Assembly (NCBI GenBank): GCA_043739065.1
Contig: JAYUEU010000192.1
Coordinates: 1-46,201, forward strand
Length of the DNA: 46,201 nucleotides
DNA from: Synechococcales cyanobacterium
GTDB lineage: Bacteria; Cyanobacteriota; Cyanobacteriia; Leptolyngbyales; Leptolyngbyaceae
Direction: 5' to 3'
This document shows positions 1-9,767 of this stretch, in pieces (positions within the stretch are counted from its first letter, which is position 1; each line of letters starts with the position of its first letter). Position numbers and translations under genes: made by a program. The notes below the pieces were generated by a model that was not told where the DNA came from, did not search any database, and saw nothing but the letters and a program-made list of their open reading frames with translations.

Positions 1-60
1 CTAGTGACATAACAATTATCAACACCCCATCTATGAAGATATGACATTTAAATCGATCGC

Positions 61-969
61 TTAGTTAACCTGTCTCTGATTTATCCATCCGCAGAAGCGT
101 ACTAAACAGGCGATCGTAATCAATGCCGTCGTCCCCGGAATACTCGCCAAAGGATTACCATTCATTCCCGTCAACCAAGTTGGAACAGAACTAATGGGTT
201 TGATCAAGTTCCCGACATTCAGAATGTAATAACCACCAACCAAACCCGCATGAAGACCAATGGACAATCCCAAACGCCCTTGAGTCACTCGCTTTGCCCA
301 GACTAAGGTGATGCTCAAAATAAACAATGCTGGGAATGTCAACCAACCTGCAATAAATTGATCCCAAGGCCGAATGAAATGGGAAATTGCAAAAACGGCA
401 GAACAAGCGATCGTAGCCGTCCCTTTCGAATAATCACGTTCTAATTCATCTAATAACCATCCACGAAATAGCAATTCTTCCGCAAACCCAATCGCCAAAG
501 AGATTACTAAACTTTCAAGAACAATTTTACTCAAACCGGGCGACGGATTAAACCACTGCATCCAACCCATATCGCCTTGAAAAAAGAACAATATTAAAAC
601 AAATCCCCAGGCTACAAGTAACCCAGAGAAAAGATTTCTAAAATTCAAATTTAACGATCGTAACCCATACCTCTTAAAAGGCTGATTTTCAGAATGAACC
701 GCCGGATTCCAAATTTGAAGAAAACCCACAAACAATAAATACAAAATCGGCATCGTCAACAATGACTGCAAATTTGTATCATTTACTAACAACAGAATTG
801 GCAATGCAAACGGTGCCCAACAGAGTCCCAACATTAACAGAAACGAAATCACCCGAACTGGAGCCGGAAATCGTTTCAAGAATGCAAGCGATCGCATTAA
901 TTTAGACTCTTGGGCACCCAATTGGCGGCTCATTCGTAACTTTGCCACGGGCCTAATCCGCTGGTTCAA
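61..969 (-). CDS. CPBP-family (CAAX-type) intramembrane glutamic protease
   Basis: 302-aa multi-TM ORF carrying the family motifs EELLFRG and FAISHF. The true start may be an internal Met (M13 or M25), which would remove the 17-nt overlap with clpS. Confidence 0.8.
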   Translation of the reverse strand: MNQRIRPVAKLRMSRQLGAQESKLMRSLAFLKRFPAPVRVISFLLMLGLCWAPFALPILLLVNDTNLQSLLTMPILYLLFVGFLQIWNPAVHSENQPFKRYGLRSLNLNFRNLFSGLLVAWGFVLILFFFQGDMGWMQWFNPSPGLSKIVLESLVISLAIGFAEELLFRGWLLDELERDYSKGTATIACSAVFAISHFIRPWDQFIAGWLTFPALFILSITLVWAKRVTQGRLGLSIGLHAGLVGGYYILNVGNLIKPISSVPTWLTGMNGNPLASIPGTTALITIACLVRFCGWINQRQVN

Positions 970-1234
970 TAGAACTATCTAGACCGTGAGTTTTCAACAT
1001 TTCACTATAAAACTCTGCTGGCTCCATCGCACAGGTAATCACCAACCCAAACCCATTATTGTGGGCCTCCATCATCACATTCACGGCCTGAGCTTCCGAC
1101 AGCATCGGCACCGTCTGAATCAACATCTTGACCACGTACTCCATGGAGTTGTAGGGATCATTGTGAAGCAGAACACGATACTGAGGCGCTAACTTACGGA
1201 CGACTTTGCGTTGTTCAATGGTCTCGACTGCCAC
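953..1234 (-). CDS. clpS: ATP-dependent Clp protease adaptor ClpS
   Basis: 93-aa ORF with YRVLLHNDPYNSMEYVV...EAHNNGFGLVITC, the typical ClpS core. Confidence 0.9.
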   Translation of the reverse strand: MAVETIEQRKVVRKLAPQYRVLLHNDPYNSMEYVVKMLIQTVPMLSEAQAVNVMMEAHNNGFGLVITCAMEPAEFYSEMLKTHGLDSSIEPAD

Positions 1235-1551
1235 GGAAATACCCCCATTACATTTCTAGATTACTGAGCCTAAATGCCCGCCCACACAACGGGGTCGATC
1301 GGACCCTTGGCATTCAACAAACTACCTTACCCGTTATAGCACCTCTTTTTCGGATACGGAATCAAGGACCGAACAAATTTCGTAGAAAATTTCGCGACCT
1401 ATGCAAGATGCAGTTTTCACCTTGATTATTCGGAATGCCGTATTATTCCGTGTAATTTCATATATTAGAATGGTCATTAGGTAACAGATATATGTTCACC
1501 TAGCACCAGACTGATTAACCCACAAATTCAAGACTATCAGAGGCGATCGCA

Positions 1552-3291
1552 GTGCAGTATTCCAATAAACAAGCTCAGACGCAACTGCGACGCTATGATG
1601 CAGACGCGATCGCCCGAATGTATCGTTTCCAACCTTGGCTTCTTCTGGGTCGTGCCCTTAAAATTATTTTTCTATTCCTCAGCTTCTTCATTGGCTGGCA
1701 AATTGATGCGTCCATGGGCAAAGCCGAAGGCAACCAACAGGCCCGCGCCGAACAGCTTCGTGATATTTTAACAACCCTTGGACCGACCTATATCAAAGTT
1801 GGCCAAGCCCTCTCCACCCGACCCGACTTAATTCGGCAAGATTTTTTAGATGAATTAATCAAGCTCCAAGACCAACTGCCACCCTTCCCAACCCCGATCG
1901 CCTTGGCTATTATTGAGGAAGAAATCGGGCGTAGCGTTTTCCAGCTTTACAAAGAAATTTCCCCCCTCCCGATCGCCGCTGCAAGTCTGGGTCAAGTCTA
2001 CAAAGCCAAACTCCACACTGGAGAAGAAGTGGCCGTCAAGGTCCAACGCCCCAATCTCTATCCGCTGATCACCCTGGATCTGTGTTTGATGCGCTGGGGA
2101 GCTAAGACCTTTGGTCATCTCCTGCCGCTGAACTTAGGCCATGATTTGGCAATGATTATTGATGAATTTGGCATGAAGCTATTCGAGGAAATGGACTACG
2201 AGAACGAAGGCCAAAATGCTGAACGGTTTGCCATCAATTTTGCGGGCGATCCTGAAGTGAAGGTGCCTTGCATCTATTGGGATTACAGCTCCCAACACGT
2301 CCTCACCTTGGAATGGATTAACGGTTACAAGCTGACCGACGTAGCCGCAGCCCAAGCCGCTGGTCTCGATAGCGATGCCATCATTCGGATTTGCGTAACG
2401 TCCGGACTGCGCCAACTTCTAGAATTTGGTTTGTTTCATGCGGACCCTCATCCCGGCAACCTGTTTGCCATGTACGCCGAACCCGGAAGCAATATTCCCG
2501 GACGCATGGCCTACATTGACTTTGGCATGATGGACCAGCTCGAAGAATGGATGAAGGAAAAAATAGTTGATTCGGTGGTGCATCTCATTAATCAAGACTA
2601 CGAAGAACTGGCCAATGACTTTGTGGCCCTAGGATTTTTGACCGCTGATACAGATATTCGTCCGATCGTACCTGCCCTCGAATCCGTCTTTGCACAAGCT
2701 ATGGGTGCATCCGTCGGCGATTTTAATTTCAAAGCTGTCACTGACCAATTTTCCGGCTTAATGTATGAATATCCCTTCCGTGTCCCAGCCAAATTTGCCC
2801 TAATCATCCGATCGCTCGTTACCCAAGAAGGTCTAGCCCTGACTCTCAACCCCGAGTTCAAAATCCTCGAAATCGCTTACCCCTACGTTGCTCGTCGATT
2901 GCTAACGGGCGAAACCCCGGCCTTCCGCGCACGGTTATTGGAAGTGATGTTTAAAGACGGCAAGCTGCAATGGAAACGCCTTGAAAATATGATCAATATT
3001 GCCCGTAGTGACAGCAACTTTGACCTATTGCCAACGGCTCAAATGGGGCTTCAATTCCTGATGTCCGAAGAAGCCGATGATTTCCGACGGCAGATTATCT
3101 TAGCCCTAACGGAAGACGATCGGCTCCACACGGAGGAAGTGCAACGTCTTTGGAACATGGTGAAAGGAGAACTCAAACCCGATCGGATGCTGAATGAAGC
3201 CTGGCGCGCCCTAGTCCAATTCGGTACGGCACGAACAGTTGAAGCCTTCCCTTCCCTCGCAAATCTATCGGCTTTGACGGGAGGTCGCTAA
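1552..3291 (+). CDS. ABC1/UbiB (AarF) atypical kinase family protein
   Basis: 579-aa ORF with a GTG start. Contains AAASLGQVYKAKL...VAVKVQRP and FHADPHPGN, characteristic of ABC1 kinases. Confidence 0.85.
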   Translation: MQYSNKQAQTQLRRYDADAIARMYRFQPWLLLGRALKIIFLFLSFFIGWQIDASMGKAEGNQQARAEQLRDILTTLGPTYIKVGQALSTRPDLIRQDFLDELIKLQDQLPPFPTPIALAIIEEEIGRSVFQLYKEISPLPIAAASLGQVYKAKLHTGEEVAVKVQRPNLYPLITLDLCLMRWGAKTFGHLLPLNLGHDLAMIIDEFGMKLFEEMDYENEGQNAERFAINFAGDPEVKVPCIYWDYSSQHVLTLEWINGYKLTDVAAAQAAGLDSDAIIRICVTSGLRQLLEFGLFHADPHPGNLFAMYAEPGSNIPGRMAYIDFGMMDQLEEWMKEKIVDSVVHLINQDYEELANDFVALGFLTADTDIRPIVPALESVFAQAMGASVGDFNFKAVTDQFSGLMYEYPFRVPAKFALIIRSLVTQEGLALTLNPEFKILEIAYPYVARRLLTGETPAFRARLLEVMFKDGKLQWKRLENMINIARSDSNFDLLPTAQMGLQFLMSEEADDFRRQIILALTEDDRLHTEEVQRLWNMVKGELKPDRMLNEAWRALVQFGTARTVEAFPSLANLSALTGGR

Positions 3292-3342
3292 GAGCGGTAC
3301 TGTAGGGCTTGGTAATAAAACTTTACGTCCCCAGCCGAACCT

Positions 3343-3792
3343 ATGGATCTTGAAAACATGCCCGTTGACTCGATGATGAACCAGATGCCCGTTGATCAAA
3401 TGGATGCATTTCCGGAGTATTTCATCTCTTTAGATCCACCCATTGTGCTAATTGGGGCGGCGTTGCTGTTCAGCATTTTGTCGGGTGTGGCGTTCCAGGG
3501 TGCGCTAGTGGAAGATTTGAATAATTGGAAAGCAAATCCCAAGGCCCGCAGCATTACGAGTTTGCAAAACATCAATTTAATTCTGCCGTTTTTAGGAATG
3601 GCGATCGGCTCTTCGTTCTTTTTGTCATCGGGAGTTGAAACCTTTGGATTTCCGCCCAAGATTGCCTATGCGATCGCTATTCCGATGGCATTTTCCGTCG
3701 GTTGGCTAGTGTGGAGACAATTGGGTTCAATTTTGCGTCAGATTGAACAAGGTGGTTCGGCGGCGATCGATTTGGATGACGTTGGGTTCTAG
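3343..3792 (+). CDS. hypothetical membrane protein (about 3 TM segments)
   Basis: 149-aa ORF with hydrophobic segments and no recognisable catalytic motif. Confidence 0.45.
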   Translation: MDLENMPVDSMMNQMPVDQMDAFPEYFISLDPPIVLIGAALLFSILSGVAFQGALVEDLNNWKANPKARSITSLQNINLILPFLGMAIGSSFFLSSGVETFGFPPKIAYAIAIPMAFSVGWLVWRQLGSILRQIEQGGSAAIDLDDVGF

Positions 3793-3921
3793 AGTATTCA
3801 ATACCGATCCCTCGTCATTCATGCGGGGGATTTTGACAATACCTATCAAACTGGGAAATGATGATAGAGGTGCCTGAGTTTACTGGATTGTAGAGGGAGC
3901 GATCGGATTTGCCATAACTTT

Positions 3922-3953
3922 ATTTATAGATTTCTGAATTTATAGATTTCTGA
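3922..3953 (+). repeat. perfect 16-bp tandem direct repeat (ATTTATAGATTTCTGA x2) 13 nt upstream of the DUF4160 start codon
   Basis: Read directly: 3922-3937 is identical to 3938-3953. The position fits a promoter/operator of the two-gene module. Confidence 0.9.
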
Positions 3954-3965
3954 TGCGGGGATAAT

Positions 3966-4214
3966 ATGCCAGAGGTATCGAGATTTTACGGAATTGTGAT
4001 TAAGGTTTTCTTCGGAGATCATCCACCGCCTCATTTACATGCCATTTATGGAGAGCATAATGCACTATTTGGAATTGAGACATTACAAGTGATTGAAGGT
4101 GATTTACCGAGTCGTGCAGAAAAGCTTGTGACTGAATGGGCAACACTATATCAGGCTGAATTAATGGAAATGTGGAATAGCCAAGAATTTCGGAAGCTTC
4201 CTCCTTTAAAATAA
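3966..4214 (+). CDS. DUF4160 domain protein
   Basis: 82-aa ORF whose N-terminus MPEVSRFYGIVIKVFFGDHPPPHLH is the hallmark of DUF4160. Confidence 0.75.
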   Translation: MPEVSRFYGIVIKVFFGDHPPPHLHAIYGEHNALFGIETLQVIEGDLPSRAEKLVTEWATLYQAELMEMWNSQEFRKLPPLK

Positions 4215-4229
4215 TACTAGAATTAACTG

Positions 4230-4487
4230 ATGCAAGTTCCTAAAATTGTTTCTGCCAGAGCGATCGATGCTAGAAAACTTATAGTTGAGTTCAGTAGTCA
4301 TGAGATCAAACAATATGACATCTCCCATTTGTTAAATAAGTCAATGTTTTATCCATTGCAGGAATATTCCTTTTTCAACAGTTTCAGTATTGAGCCAGGT
4401 GGTTATGGGTTAGTGTGGAATGATGAGATTGATATTAGTGAGTATGAGCTTTGGAAAAATGGGGTGACAATTAGTTCTAATGTGTGA
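4230..4487 (+). CDS. DUF2442 domain protein (usual partner of DUF4160)
   Basis: 85-aa ORF 15 nt downstream of the DUF4160 gene. It has the pattern KLIVEFSSHEIKQYDISHLL ... GYGLVWNDEIDIS typical of DUF2442. Confidence 0.7.
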   Translation: MQVPKIVSARAIDARKLIVEFSSHEIKQYDISHLLNKSMFYPLQEYSFFNSFSIEPGGYGLVWNDEIDISEYELWKNGVTISSNV

Positions 4488-4591
4488 GCTGATCGGTTAT
4501 CCGAGAATAAGATAATCAATCAATTAGAAATGTCGATAGATTTTGAATTGATTGACTGATAAAATAGGTCGCTGGAGCAAATCGTTAAGCA

Positions 4592-5512
4592 TCACTTGGC
4601 ATCATGTGCTTCGACAAGAAACAGAATATTGGTTGCAGTGAGATTCAGTCCATAGCGAGCGATGTATTCTGGAACTATTATTGGGTCTACTCCCTGGCCA
4701 TGTCCACCGTTTTTGTTTCGAAGCGTAGGTACGCCGCTCTCTAATAAAGAGCGATAGGAACTCATTTGTGAATCAAGATATGGCGGGAGTATTCCTTGAG
4801 TTGTACAGATTCGAATTAGTTTACTTGCTGTGTCAGTCGGGTGACTTTCCCACCCGCGAATTTTACAGATAGCCTTCATTGTGCTTTCAAATGCTGCTAG
4901 TGAATTAACTAAACATCCTTTGTGTCTACCATGCCGATAGTGCTCATGAGCAAGTAAGAATTCGTCATTGGCACCCTTGAAGTCTTCGCCAGACAAGAGT
5001 TTTAGCGTAGGCTTTATAGCTTCAGCATGGAGAAATTCAGAATCAATTCGAATAAGCTTACTCGACTCAAATTGATATCCAACACCATTTTCTTTAAAAC
5101 GTTCATTTAAGGTCAAAATAGCATGATCAGGATTAATAGTTCCAGGTGTATGGCCATATAAGAAGGGATACTCATGTCTAATATTGGTATCTATTACCCG
5201 GAAGCATAAATCAATCGCATCCAATACTTGTTCAATTGACTCTTCTTCTAACAGAAACTTTAAGATTGGATAGACATTAGGCAGAGAATATTGAACGAGT
5301 TGTAAGAGTCCATGTTCTCGGCATAAAATATCCTGCACCAGTTCATAGGCATTGTCTTGCCCTCTATTTATACGTCCATGACCAAATGCATCACGAACTA
5401 TATAAGTAATTTGAACGCGTAACTTATGTGGTAACGAATCATAAACATAGACATCAGGAACCTCACCTTGCTCACGGCGCTGACGTTTAGAAAAAAGTTC
5501 AACGACTGTCAT
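4592..5512 (-). CDS. Abi-like protein (STM4504/CBY_0614-type N-terminus, Abi_C-like C-terminus)
   Basis: 306-aa ORF. The N-terminus FSKRQRREQGEVPDVYVYDSLPHKLRVQI and the C-terminal RNKNGGHGQG resemble abortive-infection AbiJ/Abi_C-type proteins, recalled from memory. No CGATCG hexamer is visible in the gene. Confidence 0.5.
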   Translation of the reverse strand: MTVVELFSKRQRREQGEVPDVYVYDSLPHKLRVQITYIVRDAFGHGRINRGQDNAYELVQDILCREHGLLQLVQYSLPNVYPILKFLLEEESIEQVLDAIDLCFRVIDTNIRHEYPFLYGHTPGTINPDHAILTLNERFKENGVGYQFESSKLIRIDSEFLHAEAIKPTLKLLSGEDFKGANDEFLLAHEHYRHGRHKGCLVNSLAAFESTMKAICKIRGWESHPTDTASKLIRICTTQGILPPYLDSQMSSYRSLLESGVPTLRNKNGGHGQGVDPIIVPEYIARYGLNLTATNILFLVEAHDAK

Positions 5513-5755
5513 AAATCTAATGTTTGCTAGTATTACATCTATTCTATAGAGCGATCTGTGTTATTAATAAGTAATTAAATTTTAGTAGCCATTTTTAAAT
5601 CCAAAATTATCATAAATCGGATGGACATTTTTGGGTAGAGAAGACCTCGATCGCACTTTACATTAGCAGGCAGTTACGGAGACAAAAGCCAAGCCCCATA
5701 AGCTACCACATGTACCTCGACCGCTCCAAAAAGATCAATAAACCTAATGTACTTA

Positions 5756-6601
5756 TCAAATCTTACTCAAAATTCCATTCACCCGATCGACCCACACCCC
5801 ATTTCCCGATCGTTGATATTCTGCTTTTGCAAATTCTAAAACTCGTTTTGCTTCAGGATAGTTTTTCTGTTTCAAGAACGTCATCCCAGCACCATAGTAA
5901 GCATTCGCAAACTTTGGATTGAGTTGAGTCGCCGATCGAAACGCCGCGATCGCATTCGACCAATCACCATCACTATACAAAACTGTCCCCAACGCATAAA
6001 ACGCATCCGAATAATTAGGATTCACTTGTACCGCTTTACGAAAGGCCGCGATCGCACCTCGGTTCCATTTTGTCCGTTGATAGGCAAGACCTAAATGATA
6101 GTAAGGCTCAGGAATACCAGGATTTAATTCAGTTGCTTTTTGGAATGAATTCGCCGAACCTTTAACATCACCTTCAATATTTTGAACTAGTCCTAAATTG
6201 TAATAGGCCATTCCAAGCTTTGGATCAAGCACAATTGCTCTAGATAAATACTCCCGCGATTGTTTGAGATTATTACCTTCAAGAAGTGCCGCGCCCAAAT
6301 TGGCATAGGTCAGCGCATAGGTCGGATCAAGCTGAATTGCCTGATAAAAAGCAGAGGCAGATGCTTGAACTTGGCCCGATTGTCGCAGTGCTAAACCTAA
6401 ATTGTATTGGGCTGCAAAGGATTTAGGATTGATCTGAGCGGCGCTAGAAAATGATCCGATCGCACCCGAAACATCACCCGTTTTCACCTGCGTCAAGCCT
6501 TGCTGATATAAACTTTCAAATGATTGTGCAGAAACTGGCAACTGTAATGGCAATTGCAATATAGAAGCTAAAACAAATGCTGCGATCGGAACCCTTTTCA
6601 T
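5756..6601 (-). CDS. secreted TPR-repeat protein
   Basis: 281-aa ORF with an N-terminal signal-like segment followed by about 7 consecutive 34-aa TPR units (A..Y.LG.....G....A...F..A..L.P). Confidence 0.8.
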   Translation of the reverse strand: MKRVPIAAFVLASILQLPLQLPVSAQSFESLYQQGLTQVKTGDVSGAIGSFSSAAQINPKSFAAQYNLGLALRQSGQVQASASAFYQAIQLDPTYALTYANLGAALLEGNNLKQSREYLSRAIVLDPKLGMAYYNLGLVQNIEGDVKGSANSFQKATELNPGIPEPYYHLGLAYQRTKWNRGAIAAFRKAVQVNPNYSDAFYALGTVLYSDGDWSNAIAAFRSATQLNPKFANAYYGAGMTFLKQKNYPEAKRVLEFAKAEYQRSGNGVWVDRVNGILSKI

Positions 6602-6606
6602 AATGC

Positions 6607-7062
6607 CTAAACCAATCCCTTAACAACCATCAACGACTCATCAATATGTCCTTGAAAGTTTAACTGTGAATTGAACACATGCCGGACAATCCCAGCACGA
6701 TCGATCACATAAGTCACACGACCGGGCAAAATTCCCATAGTCGCCGGAACCCCAAACGCCTTACGTGTCAAATTTCCTGCATCGCTCAGTAAGGTAAAAG
6801 GCAATTGATGCTTGGCTGCAAACGCTTGATGAGAAGCCCTATCATCACTGCTAATCCCAATAACTTCCGCGCCAGCCTCTTGGAATGCAGCATAGTTATC
6901 CCGAAAACTACAGGATTCCTTTGTGCAACCCGGCGTATCATCTTTTGGATAGAAATACAGAACCACGCACTTCTTCCCGATAAAATCTTTCAAATTAACC
7001 GTATCGCCCGTTTGCGATTTCAAACTAACATCCGGAAGCGTATCTCCAACTTTGAGAGCCAT
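6607..7062 (-). CDS. bcp: peroxiredoxin, Bcp/PrxQ type
   Basis: 151-aa ORF with YFYPKDDTPGCTKESC (the Cys-X4-Cys peroxidatic/resolving pair). It lies 5 nt upstream of the TPR gene, so the two are probably an operon. Confidence 0.9.
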   Translation of the reverse strand: MALKVGDTLPDVSLKSQTGDTVNLKDFIGKKCVVLYFYPKDDTPGCTKESCSFRDNYAAFQEAGAEVIGISSDDRASHQAFAAKHQLPFTLLSDAGNLTRKAFGVPATMGILPGRVTYVIDRAGIVRHVFNSQLNFQGHIDESLMVVKGLV

Positions 7063-7179
7063 GTTAAATTACCTAAAAACTAAGAATGAACACAGATCAA
7101 ACTATTGTTAATGCTATAGCAACCAACCTAGAATCAATCACGAAATTACAATTCATACCTTTAGCACCGATTTAGCACT

Positions 7180-7929
7180 ATGGAACCGATTTCAGCGATC
7201 GTCTCACTTCTACTTGGACTCATCGCACCCGTGGGTATTGTCAGCGATCGAATCGCCGAAAATCAAATCCGCAAACAGCTCATCCACACCGAATCCTTAC
7301 AAATCCGGATCGACAACGCCCCAACCTATCAACTCCTTAACGGGAAACTCAACAAAGTACGCCTTGCAGGTCGTGGATTATTCGTCACACCCGATATCCG
7401 AATAGACACCTTGGACCTCGAAACCGACCCGATCGCCCTCGCTGGATTAAGCGCCAAACTCGCTAAACCCCTACAAGGTGCATTTCGCATCGTCTTGACC
7501 GAAACCGACATCAACCGCGCCCTGAACGCCCCACAATTCAACGATCGGCTCAAAAGTGGTCGCTACCAAGTCACCCAACCCCAAGTCAAAATCCTAGAAA
7601 ACGATCGTATTTCATTCCAAGCCCAACTCACCGAAGCCCGCTATCCCGGCCAGCTTAAAATCCTGATTGAAGGTAAACTCAGTAGCACCTCCGGCAAAAC
7701 CCTCCAACTCGAAAACACCACCTTCCAAATCAACAACAAACCCGTCGAACCGATCGTCCTCAAACAGCTCTTCCCCAGCGGCATTCCCGGCATCAACCTC
7801 ACCCAATACGAAGCCCAAGGCATCACGAGCCGCATCCTTAAACTCGACACCCAACCCAACGGTCAACTAGAACTAATCGGCTTTCTACAAATCCGCCCCG
7901 ACACAAGCCTATTAAATCCTAAAACTTAA
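7180..7929 (+). CDS. DUF2993 (LmeA-like) family protein
   Basis: 249-aa ORF with an N-terminal hydrophobic anchor and the repeated 'L.G.L..V.L.G.G' organisation recalled for DUF2993. Confidence 0.55.
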   Translation: MEPISAIVSLLLGLIAPVGIVSDRIAENQIRKQLIHTESLQIRIDNAPTYQLLNGKLNKVRLAGRGLFVTPDIRIDTLDLETDPIALAGLSAKLAKPLQGAFRIVLTETDINRALNAPQFNDRLKSGRYQVTQPQVKILENDRISFQAQLTEARYPGQLKILIEGKLSSTSGKTLQLENTTFQINNKPVEPIVLKQLFPSGIPGINLTQYEAQGITSRILKLDTQPNGQLELIGFLQIRPDTSLLNPKT

Positions 7930-8022
7930 ATCCTAAAACTTAAAATCTAGAATTCAATAGCAGAAACTATATCAATTTAAAATCATTCTATCAGCGCATT
8001 CTATGACCGTTCTATCAGCGCG

Positions 8023-8520
8023 TCATGAATAGGTCTTCATCGCTCGTTGGATATCTCGTTGATCATCTTTGCGACGGCTATCTTCTCGTTTATCATGGAG
8101 CTTTTTACCGCGCACCAAGGCAAGATCAATTTTCACCTTACCGCGCTTAAGATACATTTTCAGCGGCACCAACGTCAGCCCATCTTGTTCCACCCGACCA
8201 ATCAGCTTACGGATTTCTTGGCGATGAAGCAGGAGTTTGCGCGTGCGGCGGGGATCATGATTAAACACCTGAGCCGTAGTGCCATGGGGCGAAACATGAA
8301 CATTGTTGAGCAAAATCTCGCCATTACGAATGGAAGCATAGCCATCGCGCAAGTTGGCCCGACCTTCACGAATGGATTTAACTTCAGTGCCGACCAGACA
8401 AACTCCTGCTTCAAAGGTTTCTAATATTTCGTATTGGAATCGTGCTTGACGGTTATCAGCCACAATTTTGAACCCATCGCCTGAGGGTTTGCTGGTTTTG
8501 GCGTTATTTTTCGTGTTCAT
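8023..8520 (-). CDS. smpB: SsrA-binding protein SmpB
   Basis: 165-aa ORF with NRQARFQYEI...GTEVKS(I)R.G...L.D.Y and a basic C-terminal tail. Confidence 0.92.
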   Translation of the reverse strand: MNTKNNAKTSKPSGDGFKIVADNRQARFQYEILETFEAGVCLVGTEVKSIREGRANLRDGYASIRNGEILLNNVHVSPHGTTAQVFNHDPRRTRKLLLHRQEIRKLIGRVEQDGLTLVPLKMYLKRGKVKIDLALVRGKKLHDKREDSRRKDDQRDIQRAMKTYS

Positions 8521-8584
8521 TTGAGGCAGTAACCATCGCGCAATAACTTCTATCGTAACTCAAAATAATCTGAACATAATCTGA

Positions 8585-9349
8585 TTAAACTCCCGCAAAC
8601 CATTCGTAGCCCTGATCTTCCCAAAAACCCTTCACGGGGTTGAGTCCATATCGCGCGGTGGCCATCACTAGGGCACGATCGGACCTCTCACGTAACCAAA
8701 CAGGAGGCACCAAGGACGAGGTAAACGTAAGGCGCGTGACCCATTTGCTGAGTTTGTAGCCTAACTTAATGGGCGATGCGAGACGGAGGGGTGCACCATT
8801 GGGAATAGGAATGGGATTACCGTTCATTTCGTAGGCTAATACGGTTTGAGGATGAACTAAAGACGCAATATCCCAGCTTTCGTAATAGCCATCAGCGGAT
8901 TGGATATATACATATTTGACCGTATTCGCGGGTTGTGCCAGTTGGACAAGATCTCGCAATGACACGCCAGCCCATTGGACAATAGCAGCCCAGCCCTCGA
9001 CACACACATGACGAATAACCATGGATTTCTTAGAAAATTTATACAAATCCTCCATGGACAAGCTTAAGGACTTGCCAACGTCGCCATCTACGGTCAACCG
9101 AAAGATCTTGGGGTCGATCGCCGGGGCATAGTTAGAAAACCCATTCACAATCAACTCAGCAGGCTGTATTCGGCTCAGGGCAAACTCGGGCACAGGCGAT
9201 TGTTTTAACAACAGGGCTTCAATAGATTGATTAAATCCTTCCGTCGTCATCCCGACCAAATTCGCCAGATCCGCCGAAGCACACCCCGTTAGCCCAAGGC
9301 TCAGTCCCGCACCGCCTGCCAACCTTAAAAAATCTCGTCGTGCAATCAT
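8585..9349 (-). CDS. molybdopterin-dependent oxidoreductase (sulfite-oxidase/MsrP-like) with Tat signal
   Basis: 254-aa ORF with the twin-arginine leader MIARRDFLRLAGGAG and the CVEGW motif of the SUOX fold. Confidence 0.8.
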   Translation of the reverse strand: MIARRDFLRLAGGAGLSLGLTGCASADLANLVGMTTEGFNQSIEALLLKQSPVPEFALSRIQPAELIVNGFSNYAPAIDPKIFRLTVDGDVGKSLSLSMEDLYKFSKKSMVIRHVCVEGWAAIVQWAGVSLRDLVQLAQPANTVKYVYIQSADGYYESWDIASLVHPQTVLAYEMNGNPIPIPNGAPLRLASPIKLGYKLSKWVTRLTFTSSLVPPVWLRERSDRALVMATARYGLNPVKGFWEDQGYEWFAGV

Positions 9350-9767
9350 GCTGGATGTTCCGTGGGTTGATCTGTCGTAGAATGCGCAGGTAAATTTTGT
9401 AGGTAAATCCTATGCGACGATTTCTAGTGTATCGCCATTGCTGGAACGGCGCAGGTTTTGGACATACTAGGATTTCAGATCAAATCAAGGCATGGAATTG
9501 AGCATTGTAAAACGGATTTTAGCGAAGCATTACGGTACAATTTCGTTCGTAAGTATCGACTCCATCACAAACCCTACTGTTATCTTGCCCAGGATTGCAG
9601 ACAAAACCCATTAGATTGGGCTAGGGATTTTACAATCCATTTAAGCAGTGTCAAATAAATCTGTTCAAAGATAAATTTATTTGAAAGATTGTTACTTTTT
9701 TTCATAAAGATTCGTAAACTAAGAGCCAGTCACCGTTCATCGACACCCCTCCAAGGAGAAATAAAAT

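Noticed and set aside
953-969. 17-nt overlap between clpS and the CPBP protease ORF, considered as evidence of unusual coupling.
   Set aside because: The CPBP ORF has in-frame Met codons at residues 13 and 25 downstream of the overlap, so the overlap is probably an artefact of taking the longest ORF.
9458-9658. 66-aa ORF in the msrP-like/cruF intergenic region.
   Set aside because: It has a TTG start, no RBS-like sequence and no recognisable motif, and its composition is typical of random ORFs in A+T-rich spacers.
9651-9684. Perfect 10-bp inverted repeat TCAAATAAAT...ATTTATTTGA upstream of cruF.
   Set aside because: The stem is entirely A/T (low stability) and has no flanking T-run context typical of a terminator. 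It could be chance in an A+T-rich spacer, so it is not reported as a feature.
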